Source: Bugula neritina
Taxonomy: Eukaryota > Animalia > Bryozoa
Direction: 5' to 3'
NCBI GenBank assembly: GCA_964035545.1
Contig: OZ037765.1
Location: 35,178,080-35,242,079, forward strand
DNA length: 64,000 nucleotides
Every line of letters starts with the position of its first letter. Position 1 is the stretch's first letter. A program made the translations under genes and the position numbers. The notes under the pieces were generated by a model, which did no database searches, was not told where the DNA came from, and was given only the letters and a program-made list of their open reading frames with translations. Below are positions 52,001 to 63,010 of the stretch, one piece after another.

Positions 52001-55000
52001 AGTGGTGGAAGGTGCACTGGGGGGCGTCCAGCTCACTAACAGTCTGAATAGGCTAGATGAGCGGGGGAGTTCCTGGTCCAGTGCGTAAATCCTTTCACGG
52101 AGCCGGTAGAATTGCCGGCTGGGTCTCTAGTGGGGAAGTTCCACTCCGTGCAGGAGGAGGATGTAGGGCCCGCGCTGGAGACGGCGGACGAAACCCATGG
52201 GGTACCCACTAGAGCCAGCAGGGGGCCGGTGCCTGAACACGTAGCGGAGTTGTACAAGGATGCCTGTGATGGCTGTGAGAGCAAGCGAGAACGCCTGGTG
52301 ATGGCCCGGCTACTCTCTGAGTACAAGGACGTGTTCAGTTGCGGCGACCATGACATGGGTCTGACTAAGACTGTCTGTCATGAGATACCCCTGGCGGCGG
52401 GGACGGCGCCCATTCGACAGCCGACCCGCCGGTTAGGTCCTGAAAAAAGGAGAGAGAAGTGAACCGTCATTTGCATGACTTTCTGAACCGAGACCTGATT
52501 GAGCCAGGCCATGGGGCCTGGAGTTCTCCAGTCGTCCTGGTTCGGAAAAAGGATGGTAGCTGGAGGTTTTGCGTTGATTATCTCTTATGTACCCAGGCGC
52601 ACCCACAGAAAGAGGAAGGGTACTGGCAATGCGCCCCGAGATGACATTGGCCCTGACTAGTCCCTACTAGCAGACATCAAGAAACTACAGCGGCGTATGG
52701 CTCGCCTCAGTAAAGAACAGAAGCGAGCGGCTCCTGAACTGGCTAAGTTGCAAACACGACTGGAGAGACGACTGGCCAAAGAGTGACAGAGGAGCGGTTT
52801 CCCCCCATTGAGACTGTGTGTCGCGATGGTAATAGATAGGCGTTACTGATTATGCGTAGTAGAGACTCGATTATTCTACGTATACTGTTCTGTATTATAT
52901 ATTTTTTTTCCAGTTTTTTTGTTATCTCTAGCTTTGTAAAACCCTATGTTAGTTCCAATCTTTTTATTTTTGTTATCATATCAGCGTTAACCATAGAGTG
53001 TACCTTTCGATAGGTGTGGCGAGTGTAATGGATTTCAGTGGCGCAATTAATTGTTAGTTATTATATCGAAAGGGTCGACTCTATATTGTATATTATTGTG
53101 GAGATCGACTGCATCGACCTCCAGCGACTTGTATCTATGGTCGACAGTGGCACCACTAATAACAGCCAATCAGGACTGACATGCTAATTGGTAGCAGGTG
53201 GAGCTAGCTACTCGTAGTGGAAGCGCGCTGAGTAGCTAGCCGGGCAGAGCAGCTTGGGACTTCGCTTAGAGTAGTTGTGTGTAAAGTCTCACTTATTATG
53301 TAATCCTTCAATTCATGTTAGCAGTAATTCAATTCTTGTATCTTGTAAATAATAAACTTATCATAACGTAAATAACCTGGTGTATTAGCTTTGTTTAAGT
53401 CGACCCACATAACATAGTGAATTGTGAAATTCACTACAATATATGAAATTAATTTAAGCTAATTATATGCAGCCTTTAATGAGATAAAATACAAAAATGT
53501 AAAATTATTATTGTTATTATTATTATTGTTGTTATTTTAACGTCATGAAAAACTTGATCTTTAATTTGTCTTCAAATAAAACAGTTGAGTTTGATTTATT
53601 AAATTATATCTTGTAATATTGTAATGGATTTGTCCTCTCATGTATTCATGTATTTTAGTTACCTGTTATAGTTATTATCTTTTACAATTATAAAACTTAT
53701 ATTAAATAGTATTTGTGTTACCTTTGTTTTTTTTCTGTTTATATTTGTTATTTTTGTTTTGAGTTTGCGCAAAGGTCAACTTCCAGCCTGCGCAAAGCGG
53801 GAATTAGTTGAGAATTGAGTTATAATTTTAGTTAGAGTTGAGAATTGAGAGTAATTTTAGTTAGAGTTGAGAATGGAGTTATAATTTTAGTTAGAGTTGA
53901 GAATGGAGTAGCAATTTTAGTTAGCGTTGGAATGGCGTAGTAGTAGGAAACGAGTTATAATTTGAGTAGTAGTTAGAATGGAGTAATAGTTAGAATGGAG
54001 TTAGTTAACCGTGGTCGTGTTTTCAATTATCGAATAAAATATTCATAAACGTATACAAGTAAGTTCTGTTTAATATAATAATAACAGACAGTGGTAAAGT
54101 GATTACGATGGCTAACATTACATTCTAATGCATTCTAATGAGTTAACTCACCCCCTAAGACTACTACTGCTGAATGCCAGGTCTGTCAAAGGCAAATCCC
54201 CAGAATTGACATCTCTTGCTATGAATTACGATATAGTGTGTGTCACTGAAACCCATGTTGATGAGAGTGTCACTGATAAACAATTCCTGGATCTCTCTCA
54301 GAAGACTGTCTTTCGATGTGATAGGAACCTTCACGGTGGTGGTGTAATGATTGCCATTGACAATAAACTGAGTGTTTAACATGTAGAAGTCGGATCAGCA
54401 GACCTGGAAATAGTTGTCCTAAGACTAGATGATAATACTATTATTGGGTGTTTCTATAGACCCAACATTGCACACAGTCTCTCTCAATTTTGGCTTCTCC
54501 TCGAAGAAATTTCTAGCAAATATCCTACCGATCGAATAATCATAACTGGTGATTTCAATCTTCCCAATGTTGATTGGAAATATACCTAACTAAAAAAAAA
54601 CTGCCAATATCAAGCCCTTCACCGAGAGTTTCTCAATTTAATTGCTGAAAATAACCTGACTCAACTCATTGACCAACCTACTCACATCCAGGGTAATGCT
54701 TTAGATCTCATTCTCACAAATCAACCCAAAGACATTCAATCAATCAATATTGTTGAACCTGGCTTAAGTGACCACTTTCTTATTGAGGCTTCTATACAAC
54801 ATAGAGTGGCTACTACTAGTGTCACATCTCAATTGAAATACATTAAACTATACCGCCAAGCTAATATTGAGGGTTTCCGAGAACAAATGTCTCATGTACA
54901 ACTTCAGCTGGAAGAAATGAGTGATGTCGATAGCATGTGGCCGCTGTTTGTCTCCCAACTTAGAACCTCAATCTCTAACCACGTCCCTATAAGAATATGC

Positions 55001-58000
55001 AAACCAAAAGGTGATCAACCTGCATGGTTCAATCTTAGAGCGAAGAAGCTAGTCCAGAAACAACGTGAAACGTATAACAAATTTAAACAAACAAATTACC
55101 CTTTTTTTCTGACAAAATACAAACAACAAAGACGTGACACTAAACGCACTCTGAGAGAACTAAGGAACAACTATACCACTGAAGTAGTATGCGGACCATT
55201 GGAAGCTGGAAACAGCAAACCCTTCTTTAAATATCTGAAGAATATTCAGAACAAAACAAAACCCATGCTGACACTTACTCACCCTAATGGTACTTCCACA
55301 ACTGATCCTCGAGAAAATGCTGAGATGCTCAATAATTTTTTTCAGCAACAGTTCTGCCAGCAAGATTTCTACACCGACGACCTCCCTTATCACTCTGATG
55401 ATCTGAATGTGACTCCCGATGGGGTGGAAAAGCTTCTGAACGATCTCAAAACTGGTAAGGCACCTGGTCCGGACGGACTTAACAAAGAGGATCTCTGCAT
55501 CGATACTAGATTGATAGCCAACTGCCTAACACTAATCTTTAACGCATCCTTGCGCAGTGCCAAACTTCCTGCGGGATGGAAGCTAGCCAACATCATCCCT
55601 GTCCACAAGAAAAGCCAGCTAGATATGCCAAACAACTATTGACCAATATCATTAACCAGTATACCTTGCAAGTTACTGGAACACATTGTGCTACACTATC
55701 TCAATAAACTGTTAGATCCCATCCTCCATAATCGTCAACATGGTTTCCGTCGTGGCTTGTCCTGCGAAACACAGCTTTGTGGAACCATCCATGAAATTGC
55801 CAGGTCAATGAACAACTCTCACACCACTCATGCTCTTGTTCTCGACTTCCAGAAGGCCTTCGACAAAGTCCCCCACAAGCTACTCATACATAAGTTAAGC
55901 GTCGTTGATGGAAATAATCCTCACATACTCCGATGGCTCCATAATTTTTTGACAAAGCGAGAGCAGCAAGTAATCATAGATGGCCACTCTTCTTGTAGAT
56001 TACCAGTCTTTTCTGGCGTTCCACAGGGCTCTGTCCTGGGGCCCACCCTATTCCTTCTTTACATCAATGATCTCCCTGATCTACTAAGTTGCAGTGTCAG
56101 TTTATTTGCTGATGACACACTGATTTTTCAAGAGGTAGACTCCCTAGATGATGTCCGAAAATTCCAAAAGAATATTGAACAGATTGAGAATTGGTCTCTG
56201 AAGTGGAAGATGCCGTTCAACTCCTCAAAATGCCGAATCATGTCATTTGGCAAAGATCCCCAAATTCAACCATCATATCGACTAGGGGGAGAAACATTGC
56301 CCTACGTAGATGAGATTACCTACCTTGGAGTTACACTACAATCTAACCTCAAGTTTCACAGCCACATAACTAAGAAAATAAACAAAGCATACAAGGTTCT
56401 TGGCATGCTAAAGCTATCCCTCTATGGAGCTCCCAAGAAAGCAAAGCTGCTGGCATATATGACTCTCTGCAGACCTATACTAGAATACGCTGCAACCACT
56501 TGGGATCCTGTAACAAAGCAACTTGTGAAAGAAATTGAGTTAGTCCATAACTGAGCTATTAGATTCATCTGCTGTCTCAAAGGCCGGGAGGCTAGCATCA
56601 GTGATGCAAGACAACAACTCAACATATCATCACTGGAAGATCGTCGCAAAAGCCTACGAATAACCCTCCTTTTGAAGATCTTGTCCAAAGAAGAATGTCA
56701 TCAGGCATTATCTTCCAGCTACACTGAACTGACAAGGGACAAGTCAACCGCTACGGTTACCACGAGGGCTGCCTCTAACGGAATACCAACTGCGATATCT
56801 GCCATGTGCACAGCATATCATAACAGCTTCCTACCGCGCACTATTAGAGACCTAAGAATTGGAACTCCCTAAATACTTGATAAATGATAACCTGAAAGGT
56901 ACTACAATTACCAAATTTAAAATGCATAATGTATGCAAATACAGTTATAATTCTATGTCAAATGTATTGTAACAAGCTGCTGAGGCACGCCTCTTGCACC
57001 TTATGGTGATCTAGCGTGTGCTAAAGTCGAAGTATTGAAGTAAGTATATTCAGTCTACTCGGAGGTTGTCTAATTATAATTGTTCATCGCTTTTATAATT
57101 AGTCTAAGGTTGACAATAGTCTACACTGTTAATCCCAGTGTAGTTATTGGTTGCAAGTAATTAATTATTCATTAATTCTTGCTGTTGCCTGGTTTATAAC
57201 TGCTTATCCCAGTCATAGCCAGTTTTATATTGTAGGCTGCAATAAATAAAGACAGGTTGTGGCAGCAAGAGAATAATCTTTTCTTGTCGCCTCCAGTTGA
57301 TACTGTATTTGATAAGTTATCCCTGTTAAAACAGTAGTCATAAACTTATCACAATAACCTCCGCAAGTAGTTGTGTAGAGGCAACGTTAGTTCACTCGCC
57401 TTACAGTAAAAATCTTTTACAATATTTTGTTGTATTTAGTTTACTTCAAAGTGGTGCAGTAACATTTCTACAGTAACACAATTGTATAGAGTTGGACATT
57501 TTTAAATGATGTATATAAGAATAGTTTGTCGACATTTTTGCAAATGCATAACAGTTTGAATAAGTGTTGGGTTGAGGTTGTGAAATATTTCTAAACATCT
57601 GTAAAAGTTGTAATCAGAAGGAATATATTTGCCGGATTTTGAGTTATTATAATATATGTTTATCTGAATTACAGTTTACAGTATCTGAAGAATCTGGAGT
57701 TTCTGAATATCGACAAAAACAATGATCTAGCCACTCCCCCTTATGAAGTGTGTAGACAAGGATTGTCAGCTATCAGGCAGTACTACAGAGATTTTGCTAA
57801 AGGTAAAGGTGAAAGTCTTCCACTAGTCACCATTGCAGTGATTGGTAACACAATGGCAGGGAAGACAAGTCTCATCAGAACCTTGCAGAGTGAAGAGAGA
57901 AAGAGAGTGCTGACAAAACGTGGACCTGAGGCTGTTGTTGATGAAACAACTAAAGTCTTTAAAGTTGAAGAGTTGAAAGTAAATAACACGGTTCTGAGAC

Positions 58001-61000
58001 TAATTGACATGGGAGGACAACCAGTGTACCACATGACTTACCAGTTAACACTTAAACAGAACTGCATCCCGATAGTAGTGGTGAACATGAAGCAGTATGA
58101 TCAGCTGGCACAGGAGAAGGGAGACAGAGAGGCTGTGAGAAGACTGGCTTTTGATTGGCTAGCTCATTTATACGTAGCAAATCCTGACATTGGACCACCA
58201 AAACTTGTATTTACTCACAAAGACAAGTTTGATGAGGAGAATTTCACAAGGATGACAACTGCTTTCACCAGCACAGCTGATCTACTGAAAGATGAAATAA
58301 TCAGAGAAGAGAAAAAACTTGACCAATGCATAGCGAAGATAGAGCACTTCCATCAACACAGAGAGCTGTTCTTGCTAGAAGATATCTACTCAGTTGGAAA
58401 AGAAGATAATTATCAAACATACGAAGTCATGAAAACTGCCATTTTTGATTCAGCTCAAAATTTTGTGAAAGTGCTGCCAAAGCTATGGGAAGATGTGAAT
58501 AAGAAAGTTTTAGGATTACAGACAGCATTCAGTACATTTGATGAGATACTTCGTACAGTGCAGCAAGTAGATAGAAGTATCACACCTGATCAGCTCGCCA
58601 TAATCCTCACCTACATGCATGATTGTGGTAAAGTCTTATGGTACAAGGATATTAAAGAGTTGAAGCTGATTATTTTTCAAAAAATTGAAGAAGTTACTAA
58701 ACTACTCACAATCTTGTTTCATCATGATGAAGATGTGTGGCAGACTCGGCAAACAAGTTTCAAACCACTGCTTCTAACTAACGGAGCTTTTCTTGAGGAA
58801 GAACAGCTCCATCAACTTACAGAGGATTTCCGGTCCTCAGGTATTCTAGACAATCAACTTTTAGAATATCTGATTCGAACAGAGACAGCATTTTTTGATA
58901 AAGATAAAAGTCAATTTGCTGTCACTTTGCTGCAGAAATTTAGCATTATCTACGGACCAGTTGATCTGGAGTCAAAAAGCTATTTCATTGTTCCCTTCCA
59001 CTCCCCTGATTACCTAGAGAACACTCTCAATACTGATCAAGACATTATTCTCCATGCTGAGATCATTTTCAAAGGTCTCTCAATCCCACAATATGTTTAC
59101 CAACAGATGAGTGTAGTTGTCCTACGAATGTTCCCAAATGAGACAAGTTTTCCCCTCGTTAAAAAAAACGGTGTGAAGGTTTATCACGATGATGTCTCAG
59201 TGTGCCTTGTCCATGACGGCCTCTCAAGGAAGGCAGAAGTTACAGTGTCTGGAGCAGCAGAGAAAATCACAGATTGTTGGAAACATATTGTCATGGTTAC
59301 CAGAAAGATTTCTAAAGAAGTCCAAAGTTCATGGCCTGCCAGCAGAATGGTTCACAAGTCTAGTTGTACACACTGCATACTGAAAGGTGAATCTGGTCCT
59401 AAGATTCAGGTAACTCCCAGTTGGTGTCTTGACTTTCAAACTGAGAAACCCTTTCAACGGTTTCAGAAGGAGATGGTGACAGTTCGCTGTGGGGAACATA
59501 AGATCCTAAGCCCATTCATGCACCCGTGTAAGTTTGTGTTGTGATAGTTTTTGAGATATAATTTGTTATAAAAATATCAATAACATTAACATGATAGTCT
59601 ATTTTTTCAAACATTAAGCATAAATTTACTATTTAATTAAAGTGCTTTAAGCTTTTCACTTAAATCAGCAGATTAGATATTAAATTCTAACAGTATTTTG
59701 CACCCTTAGAAATCCACTTGCCCTCTATCCTTTTGGCACACATGTTCAGTTCAGAAATGTACTGTGGGATTTAGGTAATCGTTTGAATGAGTCTGAAACC
59801 AAGGATATAGAAAGAAGCGTTCACAAGATAAAAAAAGAGAGAAAGGATTTGGAAATGCCCAAAAACAAGCCTGGTAATGTATCATACGTCTAAAACTGAA
59901 AAAACTCAGTTTTCATGCTGGGCTCATATAACTAATTAATCGAAATGTCAATATTCGCATTATTGATTATTAACGCATTTATAGACTTGTTTACAGCATC
60001 AACTACATCAAGTCAGCCCATTGAGGAACATGAAGAAAGTGATTTGTCTGATGATGATGACTATCTGCTGCCTGAAACTGATGCTGACAGAAAGAAACTT
60101 TATCTTCACCAGACACCTGCTCCTACAACTAAACAGAAAGTTAGAGACCTATTCTCACACTCTGATAAAGTGAGTTTTATTTAAACAACACAACCAGTTT
60201 AAGTCACTTTTTCAAAAAATGAATCCCGAATTGCTTGTTGGCTTGAGGTCTGAGAGTGTGAAAGCTAACATATGTTGGTTCATTTTTGTTCGCAACATCC
60301 AGGTGTTTCCAATGACCAGGAAAAGAGGCAGAGCTCTGATTATCAACAATAAAAAAGTGAAAGCTCATCTAGATAGACATGGCTCTGATGTAGATGTTAA
60401 AAATTTAGAAGATTTGCTGGAATCTTTTCAGTTTGATGTTGTTACCAAGACAGACCTCTCTGCTCAGGTGTTGACACATTGTGTTTTATGAATAAGTGAT
60501 GATATAGTTAAATATACTATCATCTGTTGTTATTGGTTGCAGCAAATTTAATTTTATATATGCCCTGGTCTAAGCACAAACAAAGATATACTCATTAGCT
60601 GATTAGAAATCTGAATAATGAGTGCTCTGTTTGGCTGTGTATTATGTTGTTTATAGAAACAATTGAAATTAAGCCCGAACCAAGTTACCCAACTATCTAA
60701 TAGAAATAAATATAATGAAATAGAAAATGATAACTTCAAATTAAACATTTTATAAATATTGAAATTTACTGAATGCAGACTAATGAAAATATTTTGTTGA
60801 TTAAACTTTTTCCACAAAGTAGACTGACAAAGTTTTCACATGATACTAAATGTAACTACAGGAGATGTGGGAAACAGTGAAGGGAGAAGTGAATGGTGTG
60901 AGGAATGCTGATCATGGAATGTTCTTCCTGTTTATTGGTTCTCATGGAGTTGAGAGTCATGTCTATGGATCAGATGGAAAGTTGGTGAAACTGATAGACC

Positions 61001-63010
61001 TGTATGACCTGCTGTCTGTTCCTCAGAACCCAGTGATTGCTGATAAACCTAAGCTGGTTGTCATCCAAGCTTGTAGTGGTGGTGAGTATCTATTGAGTTG
61101 ATGTTTTATTTATTTGAAATTTAGCCACAGAGAATGCATATTTTTGACTGTTATTATTCTGACTGTTTCCTAATAATAGATGCTTCAATCTTCAAACTAG
61201 CAATAGTCACATGGTAAACAATGTTATTCCATGGTAAACAGGTAGAAAAGATTTGGGTAAAAAAGGATACAAAGATGTAGAGACAGGAGAAGACAATGAA
61301 TTTGGTGATGAAGATGAGAGTGTGACTCAACCAGAAGTATTCACTCCTCCAAAGTACGTCTCTGGTGGATACTATAAAGGAGATGGAATTGAGAGACTTC
61401 ACTGTGAAAACCTGTTTATTATAAATGCCAGCTTTGATTGTGAGTGTCTTAACTGTTCTTCAAAAGTAGTCTTTGGCAAATTATATGAGTTAGATGCTGG
61501 TTTACTTTGATACAGTAATAAATTGTAGAGCAGAATTTAAAAAATCTTTTTAAGTATGATTACTGCATAGCATGACTCTATTTCCCCTTACAGTATTTCA
61601 TTCCATCAGCTTGTATTTATTTGATGACAGTGTAAACGTCTTAAAATCTTCATATGCTGATACCCTATACCATTAAGCATTGTTCATATGTCACATACTG
61701 TATATAAATATATACTGATGTAATATATTATAGTATTCACTTTGTTATAGCCTATGTGTCCATGAGATCTAATATCTATGGTTCTCTACTAGTCAGATGT
61801 CTGGTCAGAACGCTCTACCGTCATGCCTGTCACAGAGACATGTACGAGATCTACAAAGCTGTAAGCCTAACTATATACCAATTCCACAGGCTATTGTCTT
61901 CTAATGCTCTTCCTTTTATTGAGTTTGTAATACCTCATTAGCTGAAACTGAGTTGAATTACTATCTATACTCACTCAAACAGAAACATGGAACATAAAAT
62001 ATTGGGCTTTTACCAATAGATTTAAAACCTACATTTTCTCAGCAAAAATTCTAAGAAATATTTTCTAACTGTTTGATCATTCTGCCATCTAATTTTTCTG
62101 TGAAGTATTTGCATATAACTTTTAACCAGCTATATAAGGCTATAGGATGTGTGAGGCTTGAAATACCAACACGTGAAAATTTATAAATAGAGTTCAGGTT
62201 CTGTATACGAGATACTGTTAGAACATGTTACATATTCTATATACTAGATACTGTTAGAGTATGTTACATATTATATATACTAGATACTGTTAGATTATGT
62301 TACATATTCTATATACTATATACTGTTAGATTATGTTACATATTCTATATACTAGATACTGTTAGAACACGTTACATATTATATATACTAGATACTGTTA
62401 GAGTATGTTACATATTATATATACTAGATACTGTTAGAGTATGTTACATATTCTATATACTAGATACTGTTAGAGTATGTTACATATTCTATATACTAGA
62501 TACTGTTAGAGTATGTTACATATTCTATATACTAGATACTGTTAGATTATGTTACATATTCTATATACTATATACTGTTAGAGTATGTTACATATTATAT
62601 ATACTAGATACTGTTAGAGTATGTTACATATTATATATACTAGATACTGTTAGAGTATGTTACATATTCTATATACTATATACTGTTAGATTATGTTACA
62701 TATTCTATATACTAGATACTGTTAGAGTATGTTACATATTATATATACTAGATACTGTTAGAACATATTTCAGGTTCAACACAGAATCAGTGAGTACTGT
62801 AAGAGAAAGAAGGACATTCTAACTGGACAGCTGGTAGTTGCTAGTGACACTCTCTCTCATGGAAGGAAACTCTACCTGTTTCCTGGATACAACGGAGTTT
62901 CTGGTACAGATATCCATCAGGGAGCTACTCAGATAGAAGGAGAGAATAAACCAGAGTCAGTTGGCTCTACCATGTTATATAGAAAACGGAATTCATGTTC
63001 TATAATATAA
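25723..63010 (+). CDS. LRR-Roc-COR-caspase fusion protein (ROCO-family GTPase with a C-terminal caspase), about 1523 aa
   Basis: Phase-consistent GT-AG exons: 25723-25741 (tentative start, MEFSAT), 31887-32115, nine 141-bp LRR exons (43665-49033), 57675-59527 (last LRR, Roc, COR), 59775-59873, 59997-60169, 60303-60467, 60862-61081, 61242-61439, 61751-61860, 62774-63010; total 4572 nt with no in-frame stop. Confidence 0.8.
26046..26386. repeat. 26-bp minisatellite AGACACACAGACAGACTACTTACTGT, continued at 31681-31758 after the BEL insertion
   Basis: Same unit flanks both LTRs. Confidence 0.9.
26387..31680 (+). mobile_element. Non-autonomous, degenerate BEL/Pao-like LTR element
   Basis: ~407-bp TG...CA direct repeats at 26387-26793 and 31273-31680 (similar, not identical); 5-bp TSD CTGTA (26382-26386 / 31681-31685); broken gag with LKPFNG..WPEF (DUF1759-like), three Cys/His knuckle remnants and a Pao-type protease region (IDLLIGND); no RT/RH/IN seen. 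Confidence 0.88.
26817..29161 (+). pseudogene. Disrupted BEL/Pao gag-protease
   Basis: Fragments 26817-27122, 27167-27916, 27966-28436 and 28781-29161 separated by stops and frameshifts. Confidence 0.8.
31887..32115 (+). CDS. N-terminal coding exon of the LRR-Roc-COR-caspase gene (LRR N-cap-like)
   Basis: TTGTAG acceptor and GG|GTAAGT phase-2 donor matching the phase-2 LRR exons; ends in LRR-like LAPELSHLRVKNVKSVSNLSG. Confidence 0.7.
33555..33654. repeat. (TA)n microsatellite
   Basis: Seen directly. Confidence 0.95.
34600..37025 (-). mobile_element. Degenerate, internally deleted Gypsy fragment of the same lineage (gag, protease, ORF3 tail); LTRs not identified
   Basis: Frameshifted homology to the 10301-17799 element (FLLDTGCTTNLLSRRLFDT, SQLKEDIIHGM, VEKFSRPFVGGLQVV); boundaries approximate. 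Confidence 0.8.
37060..43155 (-). mobile_element. Tc1/mariner DNA transposon remnant, split by a Gypsy insertion
   Basis: HTH region with GSGRPRK (42764-42522) continues to ...KSLLTEK at ~42390, then resumes below 37399 with ..LRWAKKH..VIISDESTF..VMFWGCITSKGVGRL; Tc1-type end TA|CGGTGCTGTGAAAAAAG at 43155; other end lost near the (TA)n at 37030-37059. Confidence 0.85.
37400..42383 (-). mobile_element. Non-autonomous Gypsy LTR element (RT/RNase H and integrase core deleted)
   Basis: LTRs 42028-42383 and 37400-37767; 4-bp TSD CTAC; tRNA-Leu-type PBS 42009-42026; same PPT region as element 1; broken gag, protease fused in frame to the integrase zinc-finger region (ORF 39762..40952), ORF3 remnant ~38090-39110. 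Confidence 0.92.
43665..49033 (+). CDS. Tandem array of nine 141-bp phase 2-2 exons, each encoding a 24+23-aa LRR pair
   Basis: Exons 43665-43805, 44068-44208, 44464-44604, 44857-44997, 45868-46008, 46207-46347, 46546-46686, 47559-47699, 48893-49033; consensus MSNLKNLxTLxMSxNNFSEGLPDVFTSMTSLRxLxxxxCxLPTLPE; all bounded by AG and GT. Confidence 0.93.
49758..53438 (+). mobile_element. Non-autonomous Gypsy LTR element (deleted from early RT to the end of ORF3)
   Basis: ~414-bp LTRs 49758-50171 and 53024-53438; TSD ATAT; PBS 50173-50190; gag with stops, protease (FLLDTGC), RT start ending at WRFCVDY. Confidence 0.93.
53805..54005. repeat. Degenerate tandem repeat (TTAGTTAGAGTTGAGAATGGAG...) upstream of the LINE
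   Basis: Seen directly. Confidence 0.7.
54100..56900 (+). mobile_element. Inactivated non-LTR retrotransposon (LINE ORF2: APE endonuclease plus RT; CR1/L2-like group)
   Basis: LLNARSV, VCVTETH, GGGV, GDFN, LDL and SDH endonuclease motifs; KAPGPDG, QHGF, DFQKAFD, GVPQGSVLGP, YINDL and FADD RT motifs; C-terminal SFLPRTIRD; several in-frame stops (54377, 55640, 56552) and a frameshift. Confidence 0.92.
56968..57421. mobile_element. Probable solo LTR
   Basis: TGTAA...TTACA ends, 454 bp, internal AATAAA at ~57241, flanks GTAT/ATAT (one mismatch). Confidence 0.45.
57675..59527 (+). CDS. Large exon: final LRR, PPxEV hinge, Roc GTPase and COR domain
   Basis: LKNLEFLNIDKN LRR; TPPYEVCRQGLSAIRQY pre-Roc hinge; G1 GNTMAGKTS, G3 DMGGQ, Roc-type G4 THKD; COR motifs LPKLW and LTYMHDCGKVLWY. 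Confidence 0.92.
60303..63010 (+). CDS. Caspase (peptidase C14) domain exons, p20 plus p10, ending in a CaaX motif
   Basis: RGRALIINN, RHGSDVD, catalytic SHG, KPKLVVIQACSG, p10 YVSMR...GSLLV and KLYLFPG; last exon ends YRKRNSCSII-TAA (stop 63008-63010). Confidence 0.92.
62208..62766. repeat. 36-bp intronic minisatellite GATACTGTTAGAGTATGTTACATATTCTATATACTA
   Basis: About 15 copies running up to the last caspase-exon acceptor (62773). Confidence 0.93.

Noticed and set aside
53663-54085. Possible solo LTR (TGTTA...TAACA with AATAAA) upstream of the LINE
   Set aside because: No target-site duplication and no second copy in the window; could equally be LINE 5' UTR
57748-59544. Stand-alone 598-aa Roc-COR or small GTPase gene as given in the ORF track
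   Set aside because: It starts at GTG mid-exon; an in-phase acceptor at 57674 and a GTAAGT donor at 59528 show it is an internal exon
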